From Ktedonobacterales bacterium (lineage in GTDB: Bacteria > Chloroflexota > Ktedonobacteria > Ktedonobacterales > JADMIN01), in NCBI GenBank assembly GCA_030167145.1, contig CP126532.1, positions 3,390,001 to 3,422,000 of the forward strand: 32,000 bases of DNA. Direction: 5' to 3'. This document shows, one piece after another, positions 17,109 to 26,574 of the stretch (its first letter is position 1; every line of letters starts with the position of its first letter). A program made the translations under genes and the position numbers. The notes under the pieces are model-generated. The model was not told where the DNA came from and did not search any database. It worked only from the letters and a program-made list of their open reading frames with translations.

Positions 17109-17148
17109 AATCGGGGCGATGTTGCCAGACGGTGACATCGCCCCGATT
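17109..17148. terminator. Perfect 14-bp stem hairpin between convergent genes (likely bidirectional terminator)
   Basis: aatcggggcgatgt (17109-17122) pairs perfectly with acatcgccccgatt (17135-17148) across a 12-nt loop. It is followed by tttgtgtt on the plus strand and sits between the plus-strand ORF end (17045) and the minus-strand dehydrogenase end (17177). Confidence 0.7.
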
Positions 17149-17176
17149 TGTGTTGAGCATGAGCCAACAGACACAA

Positions 17177-18247
17177 TCAAGCGACGGGAGCCAGGAGAAC
17201 CTCTCGCGCCATGTATTGTGCTGCCATGGTTGTCGAGATCCTGCGGTCGCGCGCCGTGGTGAGAACACGTTGCATGGTATGGTAGATGTTTTCTGTTTTC
17301 TTCAGAGCCGCAGCCTCATCGTATCCATCGGGGGCAAGTTCCTGGGCGACATTGATCAAACCTCCGGCGTTGGCGACGTAATCCACACCATAGAGGATGC
17401 TTCGGGCATGGAGGAGTTCGCCCGCTGCCTCTTCGTCGAGCTGGTTGTTTGCACTGCCAACGACTGCGCGACAGCGCAAGCGAGGGATTGTGGTGGAGTT
17501 GAGAACAGCGCCATAGGCGCAGGGCGCAAACACATCACAATGTGTCTCGAACAGCGCATCAGGCTCAACAGTGGCGATACCAAAGTCGCGATTCGCGGCG
17601 ATTGCCAGCTCGGGGCGCACGTCGGCCGCAGTGACAGACGCACCCTCTGCCAGGAGGGTTGGGACGAGGCGCATGCCAACATTACCAAGGCCCTGGACGG
17701 CGACGTGCAGACCATCGAGTGATGAACTACCAAAGGCATCCTGGGTGATGGCTTTCATAGCCCAGACGACGCCACGGGCGGTTACTGGCGCGGGATCTCC
17801 GCTTCCATGTTCCTCGCGCGGTAGGCCAGCGACGTACATGGTGGAGCGTTTCATAATGGCCAGATCGCCTGGTGTGATGTTGGCGTCTTCTGCCGTGATG
17901 AAGCGACCGCGCAGATTATCAACGATCTGCGCATAGGCGATGAGGCGGGCGGCACGTATCTCTGGAATCGCCCACTCAGCACCTTCGGCCTCGCTGAAGT
18001 ATGGAATAACGGCCTTTCCCCCGCCCAAGCTCAGACCAGCAAGCGCGGTCTTGTAGGTCATACCTTCGGAGAGGCGCAAGACATCATGTCTGGCGGCGTC
18101 GAGAGATGGATACCATTTGAGGCGCGTTCCTCCAATCGCTGGCCCCAAGCGCGTGGAGTGTATGGCAATCAGCGCGTGTAAATCCGTGGCTGGATCGTGA
18201 TGGATGGCCAGGAGTTCATGGGTGTCATCAAATCGGTGAGATGTCAT
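17177..18247 (-). CDS. Glu/Leu/Phe/Val dehydrogenase family enzyme, leucine/valine/phenylalanine dehydrogenase type
   Basis: AIGGTRLKWYPSLDAARHDVLRLSEGMTYKTALAGLSLGGGKAVI carries the family catalytic Lys motif (GGGK). The Rossmann motif VAVQGLGNVG is present. 356 aa fits LeuDH/PheDH size. Confidence 0.9.
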   Translation of the reverse strand: MTSHRFDDTHELLAIHHDPATDLHALIAIHSTRLGPAIGGTRLKWYPSLDAARHDVLRLSEGMTYKTALAGLSLGGGKAVIPYFSEAEGAEWAIPEIRAARLIAYAQIVDNLRGRFITAEDANITPGDLAIMKRSTMYVAGLPREEHGSGDPAPVTARGVVWAMKAITQDAFGSSSLDGLHVAVQGLGNVGMRLVPTLLAEGASVTAADVRPELAIAANRDFGIATVEPDALFETHCDVFAPCAYGAVLNSTTIPRLRCRAVVGSANNQLDEEAAGELLHARSILYGVDYVANAGGLINVAQELAPDGYDEAAALKKTENIYHTMQRVLTTARDRRISTTMAAQYMAREVLLAPVA

Positions 18248-18438
18248 GGAAGCATCCGTTCTGCTTGTGTTAGTAGCCGGGCGAAGCCACTGCTACGTGG
18301 GTGAACTTCAGGAGAGATACTGGCGGTTATATGCCTCGTCTCCTGCTCCCATCGCATGGCTAGCATCTGGGATGAGAGGAGACGAGAGGGAGTCGAGAAA
18401 GATCACACGCCACAGGGTAGGTGTTGGAGGTGTTGGCT

Positions 18439-20325
18439 TTACAGGCGGGCCATCTGGTCGCGGAGAAAGCCGATGACGCTGGATCTGTCGCTCAGGGCGT
18501 GAGCGGTGAGCTTGTTCCAGAGTGCGGGGTCATGAAGGGCTGCCACGATTGACGGTTCGACGATTTCAATGTCGGCTCGCTTACGCTGGCCTTGAGTATC
18601 AGTGAGCCAAAACTCAACCATAGCACTGTGCCCTGGTTTTACGAGGAACTCGGTAGGATCCGGATCTGCGCTGTCATCTTCTAAGAGCAGCAAATGGTAG
18701 TTGGGTTGCGAGTCAACCCGCTCGATGAGGTGGGTGAGCAGTTCGCGGACCTGCGGGCGCGTGAGCGGGGGAGCCCCGATTGCCATCCACGTATCCTGGG
18801 ACTGATAGACGCCAGTCTCGACGAGACGTGCAATTGCGCGCATTGGGCAAGCGTCATAATGCGGGTATCGCGCGAGATTCTGCAGCATGGCTCGCTCTCG
18901 TTCCTGCTGAAGCGTGAGCATACACGTGATCTCAGAGTTGTCTGCTCCACTGGAGCGTAATTGATCGGCGCGCTGTTTGTGGATCGCGTGGGGCACAGCA
19001 GTCTCGCCCAGGCCGTTGATCATGGCAAGACGAGCGGCAGCATGACGCTCGATGCGCAGGATCGCTCTCAGATAATCAAGAGATGGCGATGGAAAGACTT
19101 GTTCGTGCACGCGCCGTGCATGAGCGACACCGCGCGCAAGACGGGATTCAATCCATTCCAACTGGGCATTGCAAGGGAGGAGTCTGCACTGCGTGATCTG
19201 ATCGCCATCGGGCGCTACCATCCGAAGCCCGCCGACACCCGGAACGATGATGAATTCATATCGAGCATCCGAAGAATCTCCCGGATCTACGGGGGCATGC
19301 CATGGGCTGTCTGCTGGCAGCAACCATGGTTCATACAGACCAGTTGTGCCCAGGAGATTGCACATGTACTCAGCGATGCGAGGCGCTTTGTGTTTGTCGA
19401 GGGTTGCTCGGCTGAGGTGACGCACGCCCCAGCCATGATCGAGCGCGCGGCGTAACGAGCAGTTCCAATCATGCCAGAGCGGATGCCCTCTTGCGAGAAT
19501 CTCGGTATCGAGGAACCAGGTAAGCGTGATCATACCCATGGGGGGCGCATGTTGATCCAAGGCATGTTCCAACAGGTCTATGGCGACGCGCATGATGGCT
19601 TCTGGACTAGTGATGCGCTTCATTTGAGCCTGGCATTGGTGTGAGTCGTCATAGCTGAGAGCTGGGCGACGCAAGATGCTCTGGTACAGTACCTCAGCTC
19701 CGAGCAGCATGCTTCGCTCGGTGCTCGCCAACTCGCCTGTGGTTTCGCTCACACTTCTGATGTCGTTATCAACTGACTGCGCAGCAACTCCAGTAAGTGG
19801 GTGAGATGGAGTTAGGCTGGGCGTTGGATTCCAATCGTGTGGATCATCCGAAAGAGAAGGGAGACGGTGTTCAGGCTCCTCTTGCCCTTCTGATGATTCG
19901 AGCTGCGAAGATGCAGAGCCATCGCCAAGCGACGTGAGCCATGCTTCGAAATGCGGTGGAATCGGGAGTGGCGCAGGCGCTTCCGTGTATCCCATCTCGG
20001 CAAGTGCGGCATCGAGAGGGTCGTCTATGTCAAGTACGCTGTCGAATGGGACATTTTGGGATTGCGGACTTACGTCTGAAGGCAACTCCGCCAGCAGAGC
20101 CTTGACCAACTCTTTAGGAGGATCTCGCACTATGGCCTGCATGAACCTGTCGAGTCGCTGGTAGGCGCGAAAAGCCGCAGCACACCGCGCACAGGCCCAC
20201 AGGTGATCGCGAACTTCGCATAGCTGCGACTCGGTCATCTCATCTAGTAAGTCAAGATCAGCGAGCGCACGTAGCACCGCCTCACATGCGTGGGAAAGCT
20301 TCCTGTCGAACGGATCGTGGACCAT
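18439..20325 (-). CDS. Putative anti-sigma factor (N-terminal zf-HC2-like) with a large uncharacterised C-terminal domain
   Basis: The N-terminus HLWACARCAAAFRAYQRL follows the H-x3-C-x2-C zinc-binding anti-sigma pattern. It lies directly downstream of an ECF-type sigma gene on the same strand. The roughly 450-aa C-terminal region is not recognised. Confidence 0.6.
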   Translation of the reverse strand: MVHDPFDRKLSHACEAVLRALADLDLLDEMTESQLCEVRDHLWACARCAAAFRAYQRLDRFMQAIVRDPPKELVKALLAELPSDVSPQSQNVPFDSVLDIDDPLDAALAEMGYTEAPAPLPIPPHFEAWLTSLGDGSASSQLESSEGQEEPEHRLPSLSDDPHDWNPTPSLTPSHPLTGVAAQSVDNDIRSVSETTGELASTERSMLLGAEVLYQSILRRPALSYDDSHQCQAQMKRITSPEAIMRVAIDLLEHALDQHAPPMGMITLTWFLDTEILARGHPLWHDWNCSLRRALDHGWGVRHLSRATLDKHKAPRIAEYMCNLLGTTGLYEPWLLPADSPWHAPVDPGDSSDARYEFIIVPGVGGLRMVAPDGDQITQCRLLPCNAQLEWIESRLARGVAHARRVHEQVFPSPSLDYLRAILRIERHAAARLAMINGLGETAVPHAIHKQRADQLRSSGADNSEITCMLTLQQERERAMLQNLARYPHYDACPMRAIARLVETGVYQSQDTWMAIGAPPLTRPQVRELLTHLIERVDSQPNYHLLLLEDDSADPDPTEFLVKPGHSAMVEFWLTDTQGQRKRADIEIVEPSIVAALHDPALWNKLTAHALSDRSSVIGFLRDQMARL

Positions 20326-20478
20326 CTGACATCTCTACCTATTCTGTGCTGTATTGAGCGCACTGAGTGCGCTCAGAATAACGACGGGTTTATGTCGCCA
20401 ATTTGTTGTCCCCTCGTGCTCCATGTTGCAGCATGATGCCTGAGAGGACACGATACCGGTCAAACGCCAGTGTCGGCC

Positions 20479-21237
20479 TTACAGGTCGGAGTCTCCGCCC
20501 AGATTCTGGAGCACCAAACGGAGTCGCTGTCGCGCTCTACAGATATGCCCGCGGACAGTGCCGACCGTGATTTCCAGACTCTCGGCAATCTTCTCGTTTG
20601 AAAAGCCCTGAGAGAACATCCAGAAGCATGTGCGCTGTTGCGGGCTAAGCGTAGCCATTGCACGTGCGAGGTTGTGCCTTTGGACATCCTTCTCGACCGA
20701 CGCATCTGCGGGGTCAGGTATCCGAAAGCTCCTGGCGACCTCTTCAGGAAGGTATGGGTCTACCCTCTGCAAGAGATCGCTGTAATGCTCGACGCTCTTC
20801 CGGTTGACATACTTGTCCTCGCGATGTTGCGTGCGATGACGGTCGGAAGCCAGATTCGCGCAAATGCGGAACAGGAACGTTGAGAACTCTGGCTGAGTTG
20901 TGGCTCTGCATTCTTCAAGCTGAAGCGCATACCATGCCCGAATGAGCGTCTCCTGGGCGGTATCCTGGGCATCTTCTACGCTATTGAGCCGATTGAAGGC
21001 AAAAACGTAGAGTTTCCCACTGTAGCGAGCGTGGATGACACGCATGGCGCGCTCTTTCAGATGGCGCGTTGGGCCGCGCGCCCAGCTCAGGCAGGTTTCT
21101 ATGGAAATTGCCTGATCATCGGACGGGCGTAAGTACGAGTTGTCGTGTGCTTTCTCGGGCACGCCGTCAGCAGGGCAGTATTCGGGTTGCTCCGCCTCTG
21201 GGAGGAGCTTGTCGGGTTCTAAATGGTCGTCGCTCAT
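20479..21237 (-). CDS. RNA polymerase sigma-70 family (ECF-type) sigma factor with N-terminal extension
   Basis: Region 2: AQDTAQETLIRAWYAL. Region 4 HTH: LSPQQRTCFWMFSQGFSNEKIAESLEITVGTVRGHICRARQRLRLVL. Confidence 0.85.
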   Translation of the reverse strand: MSDDHLEPDKLLPEAEQPEYCPADGVPEKAHDNSYLRPSDDQAISIETCLSWARGPTRHLKERAMRVIHARYSGKLYVFAFNRLNSVEDAQDTAQETLIRAWYALQLEECRATTQPEFSTFLFRICANLASDRHRTQHREDKYVNRKSVEHYSDLLQRVDPYLPEEVARSFRIPDPADASVEKDVQRHNLARAMATLSPQQRTCFWMFSQGFSNEKIAESLEITVGTVRGHICRARQRLRLVLQNLGGDSDL

Positions 21238-21708
21238 TCAATGCACCACCCTTGAGCATGTGAGCGCGGTGCATTCACCACGGCAAGTCGCGCTCAAATG
21301 CCTTACCGTGGCAAGGCTTCCGAGTCGAGAGTGTCGCAGTTTGTGGCCTTTGTTGTGCGTGTCGGATGCATGATCTCCTGCCTTTCAAACTTGCTTTGAC
21401 GTTCATCAGGCGTTGCCATATTCGTAATGCTCTAAGGGCATTTACGATGTAAGTACGCCCTATAGTTAAAGACGCATTATGGCGGGAGATCATTGAGGGC
21501 AAAATTGAGGAGGTGAAAGCATAGATGCCAAGTGGTATTGGATGCAGAGGAAAGATGGTGGAAATCAACCAAAGTCGTAAAGCATAAGCAGCGGATTTGC
21601 AGCCACGTGAACGACGAAGAGAGCCTGGCCTGAGCGAGAGGTGCGCCTCGGGCTGCGATCAAAGGCGCGGCAGGCGAGGTATCGAAAACTCGGGTGTGTC
21701 GAAGACCG

Positions 21709-22233
21709 TTAGTGTATGTAGCTGAGCACGATGTGGAGGCGGAGGAGGGCGAGGGTGTCGTTGGTGGCGTCGGCGAGGGAGAGGAGGGCGATGCCGATGG
21801 TGATGGCGCGGGCGGTGCGCGGGAGGTGGGGGTATTGGGCGAGGGTGTTGAGCAGGATGAAGGCGGCGGCGGCGAGTTCGATGAGGATGGTGGCGCCGTA
21901 GGAGAAGTGGGACCAGATGCCGGCCATGGCGGGGTTGGCTTCGTAGGCGTAGAGCGAGCCGCTGGGGGCATGGACGGCGAGGTAGGTGGTGATGAGGGCG
22001 ATGAGGCGGGTGGCGAGGATGGTGAGCAGGGCGGCGCGCATGATGCGGTCGCGCCAGGTAGCTTTGAGGGCGGCGATGGTGGAGGACGGGGCAGCGGGAG
22101 TGGGAGCGGGAGTGGGAGTGGTGGCGGTGGCGGTGGGAGCCTGGGTGGTGGGCTGAGCAGATGCGGAAGGAGAGCTGGTGGGAGCGGGGGCGGAGACGTT
22201 GGTGGGGTTGGTTTCGGGGGTGTTGGGGGTCAT
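21709..22233 (-). CDS. Hypothetical membrane protein with Pro/Thr/Ala-rich N-terminal region
   Basis: ATG 22233 is preceded by AAGGA. Three or four hydrophobic helices are present (AALLTILATRLIALITTYLAV, ATILIELAAAAFILLNTL, AITIGIALLSLA). An EANP motif lies between helices. The opposite-strand and off-frame ORFs are G- or P-rich artefacts. Confidence 0.6.
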   Translation of the reverse strand: MTPNTPETNPTNVSAPAPTSSPSASAQPTTQAPTATATTPTPAPTPAAPSSTIAALKATWRDRIMRAALLTILATRLIALITTYLAVHAPSGSLYAYEANPAMAGIWSHFSYGATILIELAAAAFILLNTLAQYPHLPRTARAITIGIALLSLADATNDTLALLRLHIVLSYIH

Positions 22234-22494
22234 GGCGGGTGTCCTTTCGGGTGGTGAAGTGCTGTGGTGATGAAGTCGGTTGTACGTGTTCGGTGAAGAG
22301 CGATCACGCTGGGCGATCACGCTGGGTGGTGACGAGTTGCGTGCAGATGCGTCGCGGCCACTGTGGCCTGGGGGATGGGGGATGAGGGATGGGGGATGGG
22401 CGTCCATATGCGGACACGAACGCATCTACGTGATGCACTACAGATTGGTATACGGCAGGAGACGTGGTGAATCGGAAAGGCGTGCAGAGATGCG

Positions 22495-23325
22495 TCAACG
22501 ATCGGGCCAGTCTGGTGGGTCGGGCCTATCGGGTGGGTGTGGCTGGGAGCGGAGGTGGGTGCGGATGGCGGCGACATCGAGGGTGTCGGTGGGTTGGTCG
22601 TGGGTAGGTGGGGGATAGTTGAAGCGGGCGCGGATCTGGTTGCAGGGGCAGCTCCAGGTGGGCGGACAGTCGCGCGGGAGGCAGAGCAGGCCGATGGCGA
22701 ATTGGTGGAGGATGGTGGTGATGGCGGGGTCGCGCGGGGGGATGAGGACGCCGGCGGGGGCGTCGGGGTCGGTGAGGCGGGCGCGTTCTTTGCAGACGAA
22801 GCCGAGGAGGCAGGCGATGGCGAAGTGGAGGTCGGGGTCGCGGTCGGCGGTGGCGTAGCGGACGGCGAGGTCGGGTGGGGTGGCGTTGGGATGGGTGATG
22901 AGCCAGGCGAGGACGTCTTGACGGCCCCAGCGGGTGGTGGCCTCGACGGGCGGGACGTGGGAGGCGGGGGCTTGCCAGATGCGGATGCCGAGTTGACCGG
23001 CGGCGGTGTTGAGGATGGCGCGGGGGGAGAAGGCGGCGGGTTCACGTGGGTCGGGGTGGGGGCCGCCGGGGCGGCGCTGGTGGGCGTGGAGCCATTCGAG
23101 CGCCCAGGCGCGGAGCATCTCGCCAGATTCGCGTGCGCCGTACCAGAGACGGGCGAAGGTGGGGGCGAGGAAGAGCTGCCAGAGGCGGTCGGGGCTGCTG
23201 TCACGTTGGGCTTCGAGGAGCCAGTGGGCGAGGGTGAGGTGGGCTGGCGGCGTGGCTGGCGGCGTGGCGGGTTGGGGTGCGCGTGTGCCGGTGCTGATGG
23301 GTGGGGTGTGTCGGCGCGGGTCCAT
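22495..23325 (-). CDS. Hypothetical protein (276 aa), Trp-rich
   Basis: AGGAGG lies about 10 nt before ATG 23325. Composition is balanced (LWQLFLAPTFARLWYGARESGEMLRAWALEWLHAHQ), unlike the overlapping P/S/T-rich (22317-23204) and G/V/E-rich (22537-23385) ORFs. Confidence 0.65.
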   Translation of the reverse strand: MDPRRHTPPISTGTRAPQPATPPATPPAHLTLAHWLLEAQRDSSPDRLWQLFLAPTFARLWYGARESGEMLRAWALEWLHAHQRRPGGPHPDPREPAAFSPRAILNTAAGQLGIRIWQAPASHVPPVEATTRWGRQDVLAWLITHPNATPPDLAVRYATADRDPDLHFAIACLLGFVCKERARLTDPDAPAGVLIPPRDPAITTILHQFAIGLLCLPRDCPPTWSCPCNQIRARFNYPPPTHDQPTDTLDVAAIRTHLRSQPHPPDRPDPPDWPDR

Positions 23326-23652
23326 AGCCGTTCGACCTCCTGTGTGTCCTGTCTATGCGTTGGGCTGGTCCTGTGTAACTCCTGAAATGCGATGGCGCGG
23401 ATACGCTGACGTGCGGGTGTGCGCCCTGTTCCTGCTGGGTGTGCGGTGGGTGTGCCGTCACCTGACGGCGGGAGTGCCGGGTCTATCCTAAGATGATAGG
23501 TATGGTTCCTGGCAGAGTATAGGGGGCTGAGGCTGAGGTGTCAACGGGTTCGGTGGGGTTGGTGCGCGTCCGTGCGTACAAATCGGCACAATTGCTGAGT
23601 ACAATGTGCGGTGTGGTGGCGGATCTGTTCGACGAGCGGCGGTCAGCGAGGG

Positions 23653-24315
23653 TCAGCGACGGGTGGAAGGGGTGGAGGGGGTGGAGGGGGTGGAGGGGGT
23701 GCGTGGGCGTTTGGGAGTGTGCCCGGTGGTGGACGTGGGAGACGGGGAGGTGGGAGACGGGGTGGTGGGTTGGTCGGCGTCTATGATGCGTTCTGGTGTG
23801 GAGGATGGGGCGGCGTCGTACTCGGTTTGGCGTTCGCGGATGCGTGCGGTGATGGCGGCGATGGTGTCGTCGGGGACGTTGGCGGCGCGGAGGTCGGCGG
23901 TGGTGCGGGCGATGACGTCGTCCCAGTCGTCGCGCGGGGGGGTAGGTTTGACGTAGGGACGTGGGGAGTGGGCGCTTGCCGGAGCCTGGGAGTGAGCCTG
24001 GGAGTGAGCCTGGGCAGGCACGGATGCGGCGGAGGATGGCGGGGTAGCGGGAGTGAGTGGCGGGGTAGGGATGCCTTGCTGCTGGTAGGCATCAAGCAGA
24101 TCGGAGATGGGGATGGTGAGTTTGGAGAGGACGTCGAGGACGGTTTCGATGTTGGGGGAGACGCCTTTGTAGATCCAGTTGTTGATGCTGGCGCGGTGGA
24201 TGCCAAGCTGCACGGCGAGCCGTCCGCTGGTGATGGGTGGGCGCTGCTGCCACATGTAGTTCACCAGGAGGGTGGCGAATGGGGTGAGGTGCTCTGGCAC
24301 GCTGTATTTGGTCAT
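23653..24315 (-). CDS. HTH (XRE/cI-like) transcriptional regulator with Pro/Ser/Thr-rich C-terminal half
   Basis: LVNYMWQQRPPITSGRLAVQLGIHRASINNWIYKGVSPNIETVLDVLSKLTIPISDLL is an XRE-type HTH. It is divergent from a plus-strand operon ending in xis-int. Start placed at ATG 24315 (MTKYSVPEH). Confidence 0.75.
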   Translation of the reverse strand: MTKYSVPEHLTPFATLLVNYMWQQRPPITSGRLAVQLGIHRASINNWIYKGVSPNIETVLDVLSKLTIPISDLLDAYQQQGIPTPPLTPATPPSSAASVPAQAHSQAHSQAPASAHSPRPYVKPTPPRDDWDDVIARTTADLRAANVPDDTIAAITARIRERQTEYDAAPSSTPERIIDADQPTTPSPTSPSPTSTTGHTPKRPRTPSTPSTPSTPSTRR

Positions 24316-24446
24316 GGTCGGCGCTCGCTTCTCTTCTGTGCGGTGTGTGCGGTCTGTGTAAATATGATACATCCGTGCCATCCTTTCGGTAAACGGTACT
24401 ATCGTGTCAATTTCGCGTCTTGTTTACGACGAAGTGTAGCACATAC

Positions 24447-24475
24447 TTGACAGGTGCATGTGTTACGCCTATACT
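24447..24475 (+). promoter_or_regulatory. Near-consensus sigma-70 promoter (TTGACA-17 nt-TATACT) driving the plus-strand operon of the element
   Basis: TTGACA at 24447-24452, a 17-nt spacer, and TATACT at 24470-24475. It lies in the AT-rich 240-nt divergent intergenic region. A second TTGACA is on the opposite strand (complement of 24406-24411), facing the HTH regulator gene. Confidence 0.6.
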
Positions 24476-24562
24476 GTATTTTGTTTGATACAAAAAGCGC
24501 ACAAAGGCGTTACCTGTGTTTCGTTTTGTGCGATTGATGCGAGCATGTAGGAGGTGGTTGGA

Positions 24563-24928
24563 GTGGCACGAGGGCCAGTGTTGCCGGTGGGCACATTTGA
24601 GCGGCGTGAGCGTGCGCTGGCGCCGATGTTGGGGTATATGCGCGCGCATGGGATCAGTTTCGAGTTTGTGATGCGCGCGGCGTACATGCGGCATGAGGGT
24701 CGGGTTCCAGTGCGGACGCGATTTGAGCATATCAAGCGTGGTCGCAGTCCGATACCGTCGTGGTTGGTGGCGGAGTGCTGCGCGGTGATGGAGCGTCCGG
24801 TGGAGCAGGTGATCGGGGCGGAGCAGTGGCCGGCCTGGGTGGCGGAGTTTGGCGTGGAGTTCGGCGTGGAGTTTGGCGTGACAACTGCCAGTGGCGCGAC
24901 GCCTGCCGCTGCGCCTGCCGCTGCCTGA
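24563..24928 (+). CDS. Hypothetical small regulator (possible Cro/HTH-like), first gene of the plus-strand operon
   Basis: AGGAGG at 24549-24554 lies 8 nt before GTG 24563. The segment FEHIKRGRSPIPSWLVAECCAVMERPVEQVIG looks like an XRE-type HTH. The C-terminus has an EFGV x3 repeat. Confidence 0.55.
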   Translation: MARGPVLPVGTFERRERALAPMLGYMRAHGISFEFVMRAAYMRHEGRVPVRTRFEHIKRGRSPIPSWLVAECCAVMERPVEQVIGAEQWPAWVAEFGVEFGVEFGVTTASGATPAAAPAAA

Positions 24929-24980
24929 CATCTACGTGATGCGTTGTGTTGGGTTGTGTTGAGAGTGGGAGGGTGCTGGT

Positions 24981-25475
24981 ATGCCGCTGATAGTGGATGG
25001 TATTGCTGGGGTGCTGGGTGGTCCTGTGACGGGGATGCAGGCTATGCCTGTGGTTGCGGCGTTTTCGGAGGGGGCGGTGTGGGCGCTGGTGGTGGCGTGT
25101 GTGGTGGTGGCGCTGGTGCTGCTGGTGGCGCTGACGCTGCTGCTGCGCTCTGGTGGGGATGATGGGGTGGCGTATCTGTGGGGAGATGCAGACGGCGGTG
25201 GGGAAGATTTCGGGGATGGCGAGGTCGAAGAGCGGGCTATGTTGCCATTCCTGGCGAACGACATGGTCATTGACTCATGGGGGTCGGTGGCATTCTGGCC
25301 TGAGCACGCTGATGTGAGGATTCCGTCTGAGTTGTCTGATGCAGATCCACATGCGACACGAGCAGCCGTTACCGTGGTCAGTCGCGCGCCGCGGCTGAAT
25401 ACGCTGCGACGGCTCGGCAATGATGCTCCTTCTGGCTCTGGTCGCAGCCTGGACGGTTGGGAGTTGTGGAACTAA
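24981..25475 (+). CDS. Hypothetical protein with one TM helix
   Basis: The hydrophobic helix AVWALVVACVVVALVLLVALTLLL is followed by an acidic soluble part. Same strand as its neighbours. The opposite-strand ORF 24932-25420 is S/T/P-rich. Confidence 0.5.
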   Translation: MPLIVDGIAGVLGGPVTGMQAMPVVAAFSEGAVWALVVACVVVALVLLVALTLLLRSGGDDGVAYLWGDADGGGEDFGDGEVEERAMLPFLANDMVIDSWGSVAFWPEHADVRIPSELSDADPHATRAAVTVVSRAPRLNTLRRLGNDAPSGSGRSLDGWELWN

Positions 25476-25525
25476 CCTGAAGTGACGTAGCGCGTTCATG
25501 GAGCGCATTGATGATCTGATGGGAG

Positions 25526-26140
25526 ATGATTGGTATGCGGGGGACAGTGGAGATTGCGCGGCGGTTCCTTGAGACACGCAGAGAGTGGCTCAGCCGTTCG
25601 GATGAGGGGCGGGCGCACTCGTATCTGGATGGGATGATGGCGGGGCTGGCGTGGGTGTTGGAGGTGGATTTGGCGCTGATGAATGCGCCGAAGGTGTTGC
25701 CCGAAGGCATCGTGGGGCTGGATGTGCCGGAGCGGGTGCGGGTCTCGCAGGTGGAGGCGGAGGGTCCGTGGCGCTCGTGGTTGGTGGAGGTGCCGCCGAA
25801 CACGGAAACGGGGTGGCGGACGGAGTTCTGTGCGTTTGTGCTGGCGCATGAGCAGGTGGTGGAGTTGGCGGATGCGTGCTGTGGGGCGCTGGGGATGGTA
25901 GGGATGCCAGCTGTTCTCCCTGCGGCCCCCTTCGGAACGGCTCAGGGGGACTGCGCTACGCTTGTGTTGCCGAAGCTGCTGAGGTTCCAGGCGAGCCTTC
26001 AGGTGGTGAAGGCTGGGGGACCCGCTGATCGTGATGGTTGGCCGGTGCGTGGTGCTGACCGTCCCGACCTCCTTGATGATGCTCCCGACCGTCCTGATGA
26101 TGCGCCCGATGGCGGAAACCATGGTGGTGATGCGGCATGA
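25526..26140 (+). CDS. Hypothetical protein (204 aa)
   Basis: Balanced composition in the N-terminal 120 aa. The stop overlaps the next start (ATGA at 26137-26140). It contains the conserved hairpin element at 25926-25949. Confidence 0.55.
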   Translation: MIGMRGTVEIARRFLETRREWLSRSDEGRAHSYLDGMMAGLAWVLEVDLALMNAPKVLPEGIVGLDVPERVRVSQVEAEGPWRSWLVEVPPNTETGWRTEFCAFVLAHEQVVELADACCGALGMVGMPAVLPAAPFGTAQGDCATLVLPKLLRFQASLQVVKAGGPADRDGWPVRGADRPDLLDDAPDRPDDAPDGGNHGGDAA

Positions 26141-26574
26141 GCCAAGGCATGAGCGAGCCTACCAATCAGATCCTGGGAGCCATCGAAGTAGAGTCGCTGT
26201 GGGGCGAGCCGGTGATGGTGGAGGTGAACCGCAAGGGACAGCGGAAGCTCGCGATGTGGGCGTCGGTGTCGGCGACTGATGCGGAACGAGCGGCGACGTT
26301 ACGAGAGCGAGATCGGGAACGGGCGCGGGAACGTGAGAAGGCGCGGCGGCATGTAGGCAATCCGCTGCTTCCGGTGTATGGTGTAGGGCCGGTCGGGGCG
26401 ACGTGCAAGACATGCGTGCAGCTGGTGCGGGTGGAGTACCATGACAAGACCTATTACAAGTGCACGCTGCGCGGGTATTCGCATGGGACGGCGACAGATC
26501 AGCGCGTGGGGTGGTCGGCGTGCGGGCGGTATGTATGTCGTGAGGGTGACGTGCGGACGCAGGAGGTGTGGTGA
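26137..26574 (+). CDS. Hypothetical Cys-containing protein (145 aa)
   Basis: Translationally coupled on both sides (ATGA at 26137, TGATG at 26572-26576). CKTC...YYKCTLRGYSHGTATDQRVGWSACGRY suggests a small zinc-binding fold. Confidence 0.55.
   Translation: MSQGMSEPTNQILGAIEVESLWGEPVMVEVNRKGQRKLAMWASVSATDAERAATLRERDRERAREREKARRHVGNPLLPVYGVGPVGATCKTCVQLVRVEYHDKTYYKCTLRGYSHGTATDQRVGWSACGRYVCREGDVRTQEVW

Noticed and set aside
18396-18405. gggagtcga match to the tRNA-Sec T-arm region, considered as an alternative att remnant
   Set aside because: A 9-nt match has an expected chance occurrence of about 0.2-0.3 in this window and shows no extension. It is not treated as evidence.
21275-21568. 97-aa minus-strand ORF in the AT-richer gap left of the integrative element
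   Set aside because: There is no SD, the composition is odd, and it lies in a region better explained as a non-coding promoter or att region. It is not supported as a gene.
21541-21570. Possible left att site: gcagagg...atgg...tcaacc loosely resembling the tRNA-Sec 3' end (ggcagaggcgtatgggagtcgaaccc). A second weak look-alike, ggcaggcgaggtatcgaaaac, lies at 21671-21691.
   Set aside because: Only a 7-nt exact core plus scattered matches, about 60% identity with gaps. This is compatible with chance. The left boundary of the element is therefore left unresolved rather than called.
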